The notes: generated by a model not told the origin, from the sequence alone. A DNA stretch of 62,718 nt from Acidimicrobiia bacterium (GCA_037969415.1 JBBKXI010000212.1:1-62718), one strand, 5' to 3'; shown: positions 46,995 to 56,396, counted from the first letter of the stretch. Translations and numbers: made by a program.

Positions 46995-47023
46995 ACAATA
47001 CTCTGAGAGTTCAGAAATGTCAA
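46995..47023 (-). promoter_or_regulatory. Housekeeping-type promoter with embedded inverted repeat
   Basis: Minus strand TTGACA-N17-TATTGT. The spacer contains TCTGA-n4-TCAGA (47002-47015). The -10 ends 2 nt before the ATG and about 8 nt before an in-frame GTG. Confidence 0.45.
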
Positions 47024-47059
47024 AATGTTGATAGGCGCCGTCTGGCTTGGGGTTGGCTG

Positions 47060-48025
47060 TCAGGTCCCTCGCGGAGCGAAAACCTGGTTCCAGTCGTCGC
47101 GCATGCTGACGATGGTCCAACCTAAATCGCGACCGATGTCGGTGAATGAGCGTTCACTCTCGAAACTGCCTGCCTCACCCTCGTAGGCGTATTCCCGTTC
47201 GGCGTCATCGTGGTTGATGAGGATTGCCAGACTCGGCGCGCCGGAAGCCATCGCGTACTCCAACATCTCCGTATCACCTGGTGAATTGCCGGCAGCAAAT
47301 ATCGGGCGCCGGCCTAATCCCATCTGCATATTGGAAACTTTTGGGGCTCCCTCATCGACTTCCCCGTGTAGCTCGTTGGTTCGGATCAAGGTTGGACGGT
47401 TGTTGGCATCGCGTTCTACCTCGTACTTGATGAGCGACCCCACCACACGTTCGGGATCGATGCCGTAGTAGTCGCGGCTGATGCCTCGGACAAACTCGGT
47501 GCCGCCACCGGTGACAATGAAGACTGAGAAGTCGTGGTCCTTCAGTTCTTCAATGAGCTCGAGCATGGGTTGATAGCGCATCTGCTTCAGCGGTACACCG
47601 TGGTCCGGGTGCAGTGCTCCCTGCATGAACTCCCGGACACGGCGGTCGAACTCACCGGGTTCGATCCCTGCACACAACTCGACAAGAGCAAAGGCGATCG
47701 CCGGCAAACCGAGCTCGACTTGTGCAGCTTGGTCGTTCTCAAGCAGTGCCTTGTACTCGGCGCGATCGCTAAGCGAGGAGTCTTTTTCCACGGCTTTGCC
47801 CAATTCTCTCAGCATGAAAAGTAACTGGGCGTAGGCAGGCTTCTCGCACCAGAGAGTGCCGTCGTTGTCGAAGACCGCAACTCGCTGCTCGACGGGCAGC
47901 CCGTCGGCGGCGTCGATGAAGTCAAGGATCGCCTGTCGGGTAGGCCCGTCGTTCCATGACGGGAGAGCGGCTTCGGTTTGATGGCTGATGTTTGCCTCTT
48001 GGTCTAGATGAGGGGTCCAGACCAT
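47060..48025 (-). CDS. HAD-superfamily hydrolase (HAD-IB/phosphoserine phosphatase-like)
   Basis: 321 aa with motif I VAVFDNDGTLW, FIVTGGG, and AAGNSPGDTEM (motif IV-like). Confidence 0.75.
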   Translation of the reverse strand: MVWTPHLDQEANISHQTEAALPSWNDGPTRQAILDFIDAADGLPVEQRVAVFDNDGTLWCEKPAYAQLLFMLRELGKAVEKDSSLSDRAEYKALLENDQAAQVELGLPAIAFALVELCAGIEPGEFDRRVREFMQGALHPDHGVPLKQMRYQPMLELIEELKDHDFSVFIVTGGGTEFVRGISRDYYGIDPERVVGSLIKYEVERDANNRPTLIRTNELHGEVDEGAPKVSNMQMGLGRRPIFAAGNSPGDTEMLEYAMASGAPSLAILINHDDAEREYAYEGEAGSFESERSFTDIGRDLGWTIVSMRDDWNQVFAPRGT

Positions 48026-48219
48026 ATTAGGACTGGCTCAAAGTGTCCCCCCGGCTCGCCCTGTCCGGATCCGATGTCGGTGATCTCTCCAATCACCCAA
48101 CCTGCGGTCGGCATGTGTCGTCAATAATCGATTCAGCCGATATATGCCTGAACGCCACCCACCGTCGCCCCTGCGAAAATTGTCGTAGTCAGTACTTTGA
48201 GCGGTAGCGTGTTCTTCCT

Positions 48220-48948
48220 GTGCCCGACCTCTCCCCATTTCTCTGGATTCTGGTATTGGCGGTCACAGCAGGGGCCGCCTCGATCCAGGGTCTAGTTGGT
48301 GTCGGTTACGGGATGGTTGCTGTTCCCGTTCTCGCCCTGATCAGCCCTGCGTTGGTGCCGGTCCCGCAGTTGCTCACCGTGATTCCTCTGACCGTGTTGA
48401 TGGCGTGGGGTGAGGGTTCGGACATTGACTTCCGGGGTGTCGGCTGGCTCCTTGGTGGCCGGATTCCCGGAGCAGTTATCGGTGTGAGTTTGTTGGCCAT
48501 TGCCACCCAGCGGTTCCTCGACCTATTTATCGGCGTCGTGGTGTTGCTCGCCGTGGTGGTCCTGGCCCGAGGTCTAACTGTGAGGATCAGCCCCTTGTCT
48601 CAGTTTGGAGCCGGCGTTGCCTCCGGTGCCACGAGCTTGGTGGCGTCAATCGGTGGGCCGCCAACAGCCTTGCTGTACTCGGGTGAAAGAGCGGCGACGA
48701 TTCGCTCGACTTTGGCAGCGGTATTCACTATTGGCGTGATATTTACCATCGCGGTGAGAGTTGTCACCGGGAATGTGGCTGAATCAGATCTCCGGGTCTC
48801 GGCGGTCCTGCTTCCGGGAGTCTTTCTGGGGTGGTTTGCGTCGACCCGGCTCAAGGAAAAACTACCTCAAAACAGAGTCCGTGCGAGCGTCCTGGTGATC
48901 GCCGCCGTCGCCGCGATCGGGCTCCTGGTGCGGGGTGTTTTGGGATAG
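48220..48948 (+). CDS. TauE/SafE-family anion exporter
   Basis: 242 aa, about 7 TM, with the Gly-rich repeats typical of TauE. Confidence 0.8.
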   Translation: MPDLSPFLWILVLAVTAGAASIQGLVGVGYGMVAVPVLALISPALVPVPQLLTVIPLTVLMAWGEGSDIDFRGVGWLLGGRIPGAVIGVSLLAIATQRFLDLFIGVVVLLAVVVLARGLTVRISPLSQFGAGVASGATSLVASIGGPPTALLYSGERAATIRSTLAAVFTIGVIFTIAVRVVTGNVAESDLRVSAVLLPGVFLGWFASTRLKEKLPQNRVRASVLVIAAVAAIGLLVRGVLG

Positions 48949-49003
48949 TTAGCCCCTGTCGGGTTACCCGAGGGAATCGGTCAGGTTTACCCTCATCCCG
49001 GAC

Positions 49004-49996
49004 ATGGTGTTCGATCCTCCCCGCCAGAAAAGGCGTCTACTCCGCTGGCTCCTTCCTGTGGCTCTCGTCGTTGCCGCCTTGATCGGGCTTGCGGCCCAGG
49101 GGGCAGGCAGCGATGCCCGCGAGGAGATCGATTATCTGAACGACCTTTCCGCTCAAGTAACCGAGCTGGCGGTGGGCGGCGATGCGTTGCGCGACGTCGT
49201 CTCTCGACTCTCACGGATTGATCGTCCGGAATTGGAAACGGTCATCGAAAATCTGGAAACCGACATTGCCAATGGCCTGGAGTTTGTCGAACAGGAGCCC
49301 CCGTCTGCTGATCTCCTTGCGGTTAGAGCCTTATATCGGCTAGCGCTGGAGCAGTGGGACGTAGGCGTGGCTGGTTTCGGAGCGGGAATTTTGGCCGCAG
49401 CCGATGAGCCCGAATCCACAACCCCGACAGATACGATTGCCAATTCGCTAGTGGCGCTTCGTTCTGGCGACGAACTGTTTGTGCAGGTCCGTTTGGAGAT
49501 CGATCGTCCCGATGTGGCCGACCCGATCAATCCCCTGCGGGTCGTGGTGCTGTCTCCGGCGTCTGGTGAGGCCATAGCCCTCTCGTTGGCTTACACCGAG
49601 GCGGCGAGGAGCCCCAACAACGGCATTGCCCTCCGTCCTGGATTGGCCGCTTCGATGATCGTGGCTGATCCCGAATGGCAGCTCGATCCGGAAAACCAGG
49701 TGGTGATGCCGGCCACCGAATCGGTTGTGTTCTCGGTGGTTGTTTCCAATGTTGGCAACCTGATTTCTGAAGAAGGACCGATTGCTCTCACTTTGGCCGG
49801 TCCCGGCGATCCCGTCGAGTTGACCTCTACAATTCCGCCTCTGGCGCCGGGCGCTCAGACCACGATCATCTTTGAACCCCTTCCCCTTACTCCTGGCGAG
49901 CTCTATGCGGTGACTGCTGAGCTCCAGGTGGTGGGAGTCGACACGGACTTCGAAGACAATATCCGCCAGGTGATGTTCCGGGTCAACATCGAATGA
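49004..49996 (+). CDS. Hypothetical membrane-anchored protein, C-terminal CARDB-like beta-sandwich (tentative)
   Basis: 330 aa with an N-terminal TM. C-terminal VVFSVVVSNVGN...LAPGAQTTIIFEPLPL...YAVTAEL resembles CARDB. Confidence 0.55.
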   Translation: MVFDPPRQKRRLLRWLLPVALVVAALIGLAAQGAGSDAREEIDYLNDLSAQVTELAVGGDALRDVVSRLSRIDRPELETVIENLETDIANGLEFVEQEPPSADLLAVRALYRLALEQWDVGVAGFGAGILAAADEPESTTPTDTIANSLVALRSGDELFVQVRLEIDRPDVADPINPLRVVVLSPASGEAIALSLAYTEAARSPNNGIALRPGLAASMIVADPEWQLDPENQVVMPATESVVFSVVVSNVGNLISEEGPIALTLAGPGDPVELTSTIPPLAPGAQTTIIFEPLPLTPGELYAVTAELQVVGVDTDFEDNIRQVMFRVNIE

Positions 49997-50023
49997 CCTT
50001 CTGATCGTTACCATCGTACAGCC

Positions 50024-51271
50024 ATGATCGACCCGAAACTACTGCGAGATGATCCCGATCAGATCCGGGAGTCGCTCAGACGACGCGGTTCTTCGATCGC
50101 GCTCGATGATCTAATCGCTATGGATCAAGAGCTTCGAAATCGCCGACAGGAGGCCGAGTCACTCCGCGCGAACCAGAAAGAGGCAGGGAAGAAGATCGCC
50201 ACCCTCAGCGGGGATGACAAGCAGCAGGCTATTGATGCCGTGGCCGACCTCGCTGCCTTGGTCAAAGCAAAAACAACGGACGTCGATGAGCTGTCAGCCC
50301 AGTTAGATCAGCGTCTTGTCGCGGTGCCCAATCTGGTAGCCGCCGATGCCGCCGATGGTTTCTCTGACGCCGACAACGTCGAGCTGAAGCGGGTGGGTGA
50401 CCCAGCAACGGAAGGGACGGATCACGCTCGGCTGGGCGAAGCTTTGGGAATCATCGACACCGAACGTGGTGCCAAAGTATCGGGCAGTCGTTTCGGCTAC
50501 CTGAAAGGGAAAGGTGCCCTCCTCGAGTTCAGCCTGGTGCGCTGGGCGATGGACAACCTCGTCGAAGCCGGATTTACGCCCATGGTCCCACCGGTCTTGG
50601 TCAGAGAGCACGCCCTTGAAGGCACCGGTTTTTTCCCCGAGGCCCGGGAGCAGGTTTATGAGATTCCCAAAGACGAATTATTCCTGGTGGGAACGGCCGA
50701 GGTTCCGCTCGCCGCCTACCACGGAGATGAGATATTTGATTCTGACGAACTGCCGATTCGCTACGCCGGATTCTCCACGTGCTTTCGCCGAGAGGCCGGT
50801 ACATACGGCAAGGACACCGCAGGGATATTTCGGGTCCATCAGTTCGACAAGGTGGAAATGTTTGTGTTTATCGACCCCGCCGAATCGGAAAGCGAGCATG
50901 AGCGTTTGCTCGCAGTCGAGGAGAAACTTGTGGCTGACCTCGAGTTGCCTTACCGGGTCGTGAATGTCGCCGCTGGCGATCTCGGGGCATCGGCGGTGAA
51001 GAAGTACGACATCGAGGCCTGGTTCCCGGGTGAGCAGAGCTACCGCGAGATCACTTCTTGTTCTAACACCACCGATTACCAAGCGAGACGTCTCAGAATT
51101 CGGATGCGCGGTGACTCCGGCAACGAGATCCTTCACACCCTGAACGGGACCGCTTGCGCGATGGGGCGTACGATCCTGGCGATTTTGGAGAACCACCAGC
51201 AGCCGGACGGGTCCGTAATGATTCCTGAGGCCTTGCGGCGGTACACCGGTTTCGACGCAATCGGACCGTGA
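50024..51271 (+). CDS. serS: Serine--tRNA ligase
   Basis: 415 aa with an N-terminal coiled-coil arm and class II motifs (FRRE, GTACAMGRTI, ENHQQ). Confidence 0.95.
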   Translation: MIDPKLLRDDPDQIRESLRRRGSSIALDDLIAMDQELRNRRQEAESLRANQKEAGKKIATLSGDDKQQAIDAVADLAALVKAKTTDVDELSAQLDQRLVAVPNLVAADAADGFSDADNVELKRVGDPATEGTDHARLGEALGIIDTERGAKVSGSRFGYLKGKGALLEFSLVRWAMDNLVEAGFTPMVPPVLVREHALEGTGFFPEAREQVYEIPKDELFLVGTAEVPLAAYHGDEIFDSDELPIRYAGFSTCFRREAGTYGKDTAGIFRVHQFDKVEMFVFIDPAESESEHERLLAVEEKLVADLELPYRVVNVAAGDLGASAVKKYDIEAWFPGEQSYREITSCSNTTDYQARRLRIRMRGDSGNEILHTLNGTACAMGRTILAILENHQQPDGSVMIPEALRRYTGFDAIGP

Positions 51272-51909
51272 GCGAGGTATCCGACCCGATCTTCGCCCGG
51301 ATCGCCGCCCGCTACGACCTGATCAATCGAATCCTTTCATTTGGTCAGGAGAAGAAGTGGCGGACCCGGGGTGTCAACATGCTTTCACCCGGGTTGGTGC
51401 TCGACCTCGGGGCGGGTACGGGTGATACTGATTTTGGCAATCGGCAAGTCATCGGACTCGACCCTGTGATCGAGATGCTCGCACTGAGCCCGGTCCCGGC
51501 CCGGGTAGTGGCAGTGGGGGAGGACTTACCCCTGGCCAACTCCTGTGTGGACGGAGTGTTCAGCGGTTTTGTGTTCCGCAATCTGACATCGGTCGGGGCA
51601 ACGCTCGACGAAGTCGCCCGCATCTTGAAACCGGGCAGCGCCGCTGTGGTGGTGGATTTGACCCGGCCCAGGAACCGCTTATTGAGGACTCTCCATCGCG
51701 TGAGTACAGCGGTTGTTCTGCCACTAGTGGGTTTAGTGTTCGCCAGATCTCCACGTGAATATTGGTACCTGCACAAGTCGCTCGATTCGCTTCCCCCACC
51801 CGAGGAGCTCTTTGAAGGCGGGGGACTCGTCGTCGAGGAAGTCTGGCGGATGGGAATCTTCGGGTTTGTCTACGGAGCACGACTCCGCAAGGAAGGGTTT
51901 CAAGCTTGA
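51268..51909 (+). CDS. Class I SAM-dependent methyltransferase, UbiE/MenG-like
   Basis: FARIAARYDLINRILSFGQEKKWR plus LDLGAGTGD. The GTG start overlaps the serS stop (GTGA). Confidence 0.75.
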   Translation: MSEVSDPIFARIAARYDLINRILSFGQEKKWRTRGVNMLSPGLVLDLGAGTGDTDFGNRQVIGLDPVIEMLALSPVPARVVAVGEDLPLANSCVDGVFSGFVFRNLTSVGATLDEVARILKPGSAAVVVDLTRPRNRLLRTLHRVSTAVVLPLVGLVFARSPREYWYLHKSLDSLPPPEELFEGGGLVVEEVWRMGIFGFVYGARLRKEGFQA

Positions 51910-51922
51910 GCCAGACGGGTAA
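51897..51922 (+). promoter_or_regulatory. SigB/SigF-type promoter
   Basis: GTTTCA (51897-51902), a 14-nt spacer, then GGGTAA (51917-51922), 30 nt before the ATG at 51952. RBS AAGGAAG. Confidence 0.45.
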
Positions 51923-51951
51923 TGATGGAGGAGTTCTAACAAGGAAGAAGA

Positions 51952-52431
51952 ATGAATAATTCCAATACCACATCATTTGTGAAGAATATGAAGCACCAGG
52001 CCGACCGAGCTTCCGGGTGGTTTGGTGATCGTCTTGATCAGGCTCCGGACATGGAAGATGTTCGAGAAGCGGTCAGCGACACTTCGCGTAAGACTGTCGA
52101 GGCCGCACGTGACCGCATCGATGATTTTGGAAAGTGGCTTGCTGATTTAGCCGAGGATATGGGCGTGGTCGAGCCTCCCAAATCGTCTAAGGCCAATAAG
52201 GCTGCCGGGGTGGCCGCCATCGGTGCTGCCGCGGCCGGCGGTTGGTATTTCTTCAACTCGACAACAGGTAAACAACATCGCAGTCGGGTTCGTGACTACC
52301 TGGTCGGTCTTCGAGACCGGATTATGGGTCGATTGAAAGACTCCGAAGTCTTCGCTGATCAATCCGGCGATCTCGTGACAGTGGACCCTCAGGAAATCAC
52401 AGGTATCGAGGGTCTGAGCGTTAATAGCTGA
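51952..52431 (+). CDS. Hypothetical stress-associated protein with one central hydrophobic segment
   Basis: 159 aa with charged helical flanks and AAGVAAIGAAAAGGWYFF. Good RBS and a SigB-type promoter. Confidence 0.55.
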   Translation: MNNSNTTSFVKNMKHQADRASGWFGDRLDQAPDMEDVREAVSDTSRKTVEAARDRIDDFGKWLADLAEDMGVVEPPKSSKANKAAGVAAIGAAAAGGWYFFNSTTGKQHRSRVRDYLVGLRDRIMGRLKDSEVFADQSGDLVTVDPQEITGIEGLSVNS

Positions 52432-52492
52432 CGCTATCGGAGCGTCGAACCAAGGCCCCGACACGGTCTACGAGGTTCATGCATAGATTTGG

Positions 52493-53691
52493 ATGATCTC
52501 GCATGCAACGATTCATGTGTCCCGGGCATCGGCCTTTCGGTTTAGGCCGCGCCTCCCCAGGCTGCGCACTTCAGTCATTGTTCTATTCGGCGCTTTGCTT
52601 GCAGCGAGCCTTGTGGGGTGGGCGCGGCTCCAGCTTCCTGAACCGACAGGTTCATATGGCGTGGGCAGATATCGAGCCGTGTGGACAGATGTGAATCGAA
52701 GCGAAACTCACCTTCCTAGCGGAGCGGCAAATCGAAGCGTGCCCGTCGAAGTTTGGTATCCAGCCGAGGAGGGGACCGGTACTTCATCTGCCTATATCGA
52801 TGATCTGGGTTTGATACGGGAGCAACTAATTGACAAAGGGGAACTTAGTCCGGCAGTGGTTTGGGGTCTCTCACTGGTGCGCACGGCTTCCCGTGCGGAA
52901 GCGAAACCGATTCTTTCCGACGGGCTTCCGCTACTGATTCTATCCCCAGGGAACCAAACCAATGTTGTGTTCTATTCGGCCCTAGCTGAAGATCTAGCAT
53001 CGCAAGGGTACGTTGTCGTTGGTATCGATCATCCATATCAGGTAGCAGCTGTATCGCTCCCCGACGGATCTGTGGCCGGTTATGACTCGGCGTCTGATGG
53101 CTTCTCTGAAGAGGAGCTGTCGCCAAAGTTGAAGAGAGGGTCAAGGACATCGACTTCGTTTTGGGCCAGATCCTCGCTGCCCCAGGCGACTCACTCATCG
53201 CGGCCATCGACCCCAACCAGATAGGTGTGCTCGGGCATTCGTTGGGAGGACTTGCGGCGATGGAGACCTGCCGATCGAATGAGATTGTCAGAGCCTGCCT
53301 GAACATCGATGGTCAAGGCGCCGGTGGACCATTTGGCGTCCTTTTCGACGATCGAGCTCCCATACAACCCGTCATGTTCATCACGAAAGAAACGCTGATT
53401 CATCCTGACCTCGTGACGCGTTTCGAAGAGGCGGGCTCTGGAGCCTTCCGCGCGGTACTTCCGTCCGCAGGCCATGGAGACTTCACGGACGAGGCATTAC
53501 TTGCTTCCGCTTTGAATCCGATGGCCGCCGCCGGTGACGTTGTTGACGTCAGCAGGGGTCTTATTGGTGCGTTCTTTGACCAGGCTCTGGCGGAGGAGTC
53601 AGACTGGGATTTTCGAGGTCTTGACGCGAAAACAAATGTGTTTATCAACGTCTTTCCTCTCGGAGGCGAACCTCAGATTCCCGAAGCCTGA
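52493..53691 (+). pseudogene. Alpha/beta hydrolase (PAF-acetylhydrolase/dienelactone-hydrolase-like) interrupted by a frameshift
   Basis: ORFs 52493-53224 and 53161-53691 are in different frames. Joined they read ...DSASDGFSEE(E/D)AVAKVEERVKDIDFVLGQIL...GVLGHSLGG (GxSxG). This is consistent with a 1-nt loss around 53111-53116. Confidence 0.6.
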
Positions 53692-53861
53692 TTCCCGAGT
53701 TCGCTAGTAGAACTGGGCAGGTAGCCTTGTCCCAATCGTGCTAGGCGGGGTGCTAGGGGTGCCCTATATCCGAAAACCTCTTTATGCGGAGCCGAGTTCC
53801 CCGTCTGAGGAGCAAGCGGTGCCGGGGCTTTTGCCCTGATATCGGGAGAGCGATGTTGACG

Positions 53862-53957
53862 AACGGGTCCTGCGCGGCGGAATCCCACGAATCTGGTCAG
53901 GTCCGGAAGGAAGCAGCCATAAGTGGATCGTTCCGGGTGCCGCAGGGTCACCCGATC
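53862..53957 (+). ncRNA. ffs: Signal recognition particle RNA (small bacterial type)
   Basis: Contains the invariant domain IV core GGTCAGGTCCGGAAGGAAGCAGCC (53895-53918). The flanks GGGTCCTGCGCGGC / GCCGCAGGGTCACCC pair as the closing helix. Ends are approximate (plus or minus 6 nt). Confidence 0.8.
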
Positions 53958-54141
53958 TGAGTTGGCGCCCGGTATCAACGGTGGTCGCAAACTTCGAAGA
54001 CGGGGTGCACGATCACATTTCCATCTTTGCACTGTGTAGATTGGCGCGTTTTAGCGTCTTGGTGCACTGTGCAACCGAGGGCGCTGCCGTCAGGACTAAC
54101 CGGCTCGGACCAAGATTGTGCCGTAATGGGCGTTTCCGATT

Positions 54142-55332
54142 TTGCCCATTATCAGTTACTCTCTCGGCCTGATGTTTTCCTCGTTCGGTCCCATCTTTCC
54201 CAGGTTGTTCGCTGCTGCGGTTCTGCAGGAGCTGTCCTTCGCGATGATGGTCCACTTTCCTGGCTATCTGGAGGGATTGGGGATCAGCGAAGCTATCTTC
54301 GGGGTCCTATATGCGGCCTCTGCAATTATTGCACTTGCCCTCCGGCCAGCATTTGGAAAGCTTCTCGATCTCACTCACCGTCGCACCATTCTCCTCTATG
54401 GCGGGGCGGTCAATGCCTTGCTGGTGATGTCGCTGACTTTCACCAATATGTGGGGGCCGTCACTCTGGGCCGTTTTCCTCACCCACCGTGTGGTCCAGAT
54501 CGGTCTGTTCACGGCCATCTTGACCTATGCGGCCGACGCAATTCCCGAAGAGAAGCGCACTCAAGGGCTGGCGATTTATGGATTGTCCGGTTTGTTACCA
54601 CTCGCTCTGGCAGGAGTGCTCGGCGACTTCGTCATATCCACGGTCGGTTTTGATGGGTTGTTCGTGGTGTCGTCGTTGGCGATGTTGGGATCTTTCCTCC
54701 TGGTCCGCAAGCTTCCTACCTTGCCTCTCATGGTCCGCAGCCCTCGGCGCGGATTCTTTCATGCCTTCCTGCAGCGCAACCTCTTACCCATCTGGTGGAT
54801 TACGTTGAGCTTCACGGTTGGAATGGAGACGGTGTTCACCTTTACCCGCACCTTCGTGTCCGATCGGGGAGTGGGTTCGACCGGGATCTTCTTTGCCGTG
54901 TACGGGCTCAGCGCTGCCGCGACCCGGATCGCCGGCGGAAGGACATACGACCGTATCCCGGCTCGTTCTATCGTCGTCGTGGCGATCGCTGCCTACGGCG
55001 TGGCATTGCTGGTTCTTGGTCGGGCGGAGAGTTTGGTGCCCTTCGTCCTGGCCGCCGCTGTAGCCGGGAGCGCCCATGGTGCAGTATTCCCCGTTCTCTC
55101 CAGCTCGGTGGTTTACCGGGCCCGTTTGTCCGAGCGCGGATCAGCGATGTCGATCTTCACATCCATTTTCGATGTGGCTCTGCTACTGAGCGCACCACTT
55201 TTCGGGACGTTGGTAGACCAGTTCTCCTATACGCTGGCCTTCACCGTGGTAGGAATCTTCCTGATTTTTGGCGGAGCGGTTTACGCGGTTTGGGACAAGC
55301 GGATGGTTGCCGCAGAAGCACTGGTTGGCTAG
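54142..55332 (+). CDS. MFS transporter
   Basis: 396 aa with 12 predicted TM. Its TAG stop overlaps the convergent tadA stop within the palindrome CTAG (55329-55332). Confidence 0.85.
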   Translation: MPIISYSLGLMFSSFGPIFPRLFAAAVLQELSFAMMVHFPGYLEGLGISEAIFGVLYAASAIIALALRPAFGKLLDLTHRRTILLYGGAVNALLVMSLTFTNMWGPSLWAVFLTHRVVQIGLFTAILTYAADAIPEEKRTQGLAIYGLSGLLPLALAGVLGDFVISTVGFDGLFVVSSLAMLGSFLLVRKLPTLPLMVRSPRRGFFHAFLQRNLLPIWWITLSFTVGMETVFTFTRTFVSDRGVGSTGIFFAVYGLSAAATRIAGGRTYDRIPARSIVVVAIAAYGVALLVLGRAESLVPFVLAAAVAGSAHGAVFPVLSSSVVYRARLSERGSAMSIFTSIFDVALLLSAPLFGTLVDQFSYTLAFTVVGIFLIFGGAVYAVWDKRMVAAEALVG

Positions 55333-55802
55333 TCGCGCTTTTCGGCGAAGTATTCAGCGAGGATGTTTGAACAACGCTCCTTGAGGACACCGTCAACAAG
55401 TTCGATACGGTGGTTGAGACGGCGGTCCTGGGGGATGTTGAACAGGGACCAGGCTGCCCCGGCCTTGAGATCCGCAGCCCCATAGACAATCCGATCGACG
55501 CGAGCCAATACGGACGCTCCTGCACACATCGCGCACGGCTCAAGGGTTACCACGAGCGTATGTCCTGACAAGCGCCAGCTGCCGATCTCCCGTGACCGCG
55601 CTGACAACACGAGGATCTCGGCGTGAGCAGTGGGATCGTTGAGCTGCTCCCGTCGGTTGTGATCGGCTGCGACGACTTTGCCCAACGGGTCGAGAAGAAC
55701 CGCGCCGACGGGTACGTCCCCACTCTCCGCCGCGAGTTCGGCCTGGGCGAGTGCGTGTTCCATCGCAGATTCGAAGGACGATGTCGAAATGGGCTCAATC
55801 AC
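55329..55802 (-). CDS. tadA: tRNA adenosine(34) deaminase
   Basis: 157 aa with HAEILVL and the PCAMCAGA zinc-ligand motifs. Confidence 0.9.
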   Translation of the reverse strand: MIEPISTSSFESAMEHALAQAELAAESGDVPVGAVLLDPLGKVVAADHNRREQLNDPTAHAEILVLSARSREIGSWRLSGHTLVVTLEPCAMCAGASVLARVDRIVYGAADLKAGAAWSLFNIPQDRRLNHRIELVDGVLKERCSNILAEYFAEKRD

Positions 55803-55865
55803 GTGTTCGCATTATCCTGTCTAGTTGGGCTCGGGCCAACCCGGGCAAATCCGAAGTCAATACCA

Positions 55866-55912
55866 TTCTGTGTCGATTTAGCGCGGTATAGGCTCGCGAA
55901 ATCGACACAGAA
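55866..55912. repeat. Perfect 14-bp inverted repeat (long stem-loop) between tadA and tRNA-Ser
   Basis: TTCTGTGTCGATTT (55866-55879) pairs with AAATCGACACAGAA (55899-55912). The 19-nt spacer can extend the stem with CGCG/CGCG. Confidence 0.7.
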
Positions 55913-55932
55913 CGGTATGAGAGTTCACTTCT

Positions 55933-56023
55933 GGAGGGATCGCATAGTCCGGCCTAGTGCGCGGCATTGGAAATGCCGTAAGGGGTTTTCGCCTCTTCGG
56001 GGGTTCAAATCCCCCTCCCTCCG
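55933..56023 (+). tRNA. tRNA-Ser (anticodon GGA)
   Basis: Hand-folded class II tRNA with anticodon loop TTGGAAA, a long variable arm and T-loop TTCAAAT. Confidence 0.9.
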
Positions 56024-56043
56024 CTCCGACAATTGAATAACTT

Positions 56044-56134
56044 GGAGGGGTCGCATAGGCCGGTCTAGTGCGCAGCACTCGAAATGCTGTAAGGGGTTTT
56101 CGCCTCTTCGTGGGTTCGAATCCCACCCCCTCCG
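56044..56134 (+). tRNA. tRNA-Ser (anticodon CGA)
   Basis: Anticodon loop CTCGAAA. The variable arm is identical to the preceding tRNA-Ser, suggesting a tandem duplicate. Confidence 0.9.
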
Positions 56135-56135
56135 C

Positions 56136-56183
56136 GGCAATCGAGCGGAGCTCGATTGCCTGGGAGAATGCTCCGCATTCTCC
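56136..56183 (+). terminator. Two consecutive perfect hairpins directly after tRNA-Ser(CGA)
   Basis: GGCAATCGAGC-gga-GCTCGATTGCC (56136-56160) and GGAGAATGC-tcc-GCATTCTCC (56163-56183). Neither is followed by a clear U-tract. Confidence 0.4.
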
Positions 56184-56197
56184 TGGCCAACACCTTG

Positions 56198-56250
56198 GAG
56201 TTTGAGCGGACTCAAAACTGTGGGCGAATGAAATCCGCGGCAATCGAGCA
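56198..56250 (+). repeat. tRNA-Ser trailer element, copy A
   Basis: GAGTTTGAGCGGACTCAAAACTGTGGGCGAATGAAATCCGCGGCAATCGAGC. It shares an identical 18-mer TGGGCGAATGAAATCCGC with copy B. Confidence 0.7.
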
Positions 56251-56396
56251 GAGCTCAAGGAGTTTCCTTGTGGGAACTCGTTGCCAATGCAATTGGCAAT
56301 CTTGTTTTAGCGTTGTTGGTGTTGACGATCAGTTGGGGATCAGATCGAGTTGCTTTGGAATTGCGCGGCAATGACAGTCCTGATGAAATCAACTGA

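Noticed and set aside
48040-48075. C-rich stretch (CCCCCC) as a possible 6C RNA
   Set aside because: There is only one C-run and no paired C-loop hairpins.
56131-56260. tRNA-Ser(CGA) 3'-end duplication as attL/attR of an integrated mobile element
   Set aside because: The duplicated 16-mer copies are only about 100 nt apart, with no integrase or cargo between or nearby. At most this is a relic, and it is reported as such.
56260-56396. Possible NiCo (czcD-type) riboswitch upstream of the CDF transporter
   Set aside because: I could not recognise the conserved four-way-junction core. The region contains only a short palindrome and GGCAAT words. It would need cmsearch against Rfam to revisit.
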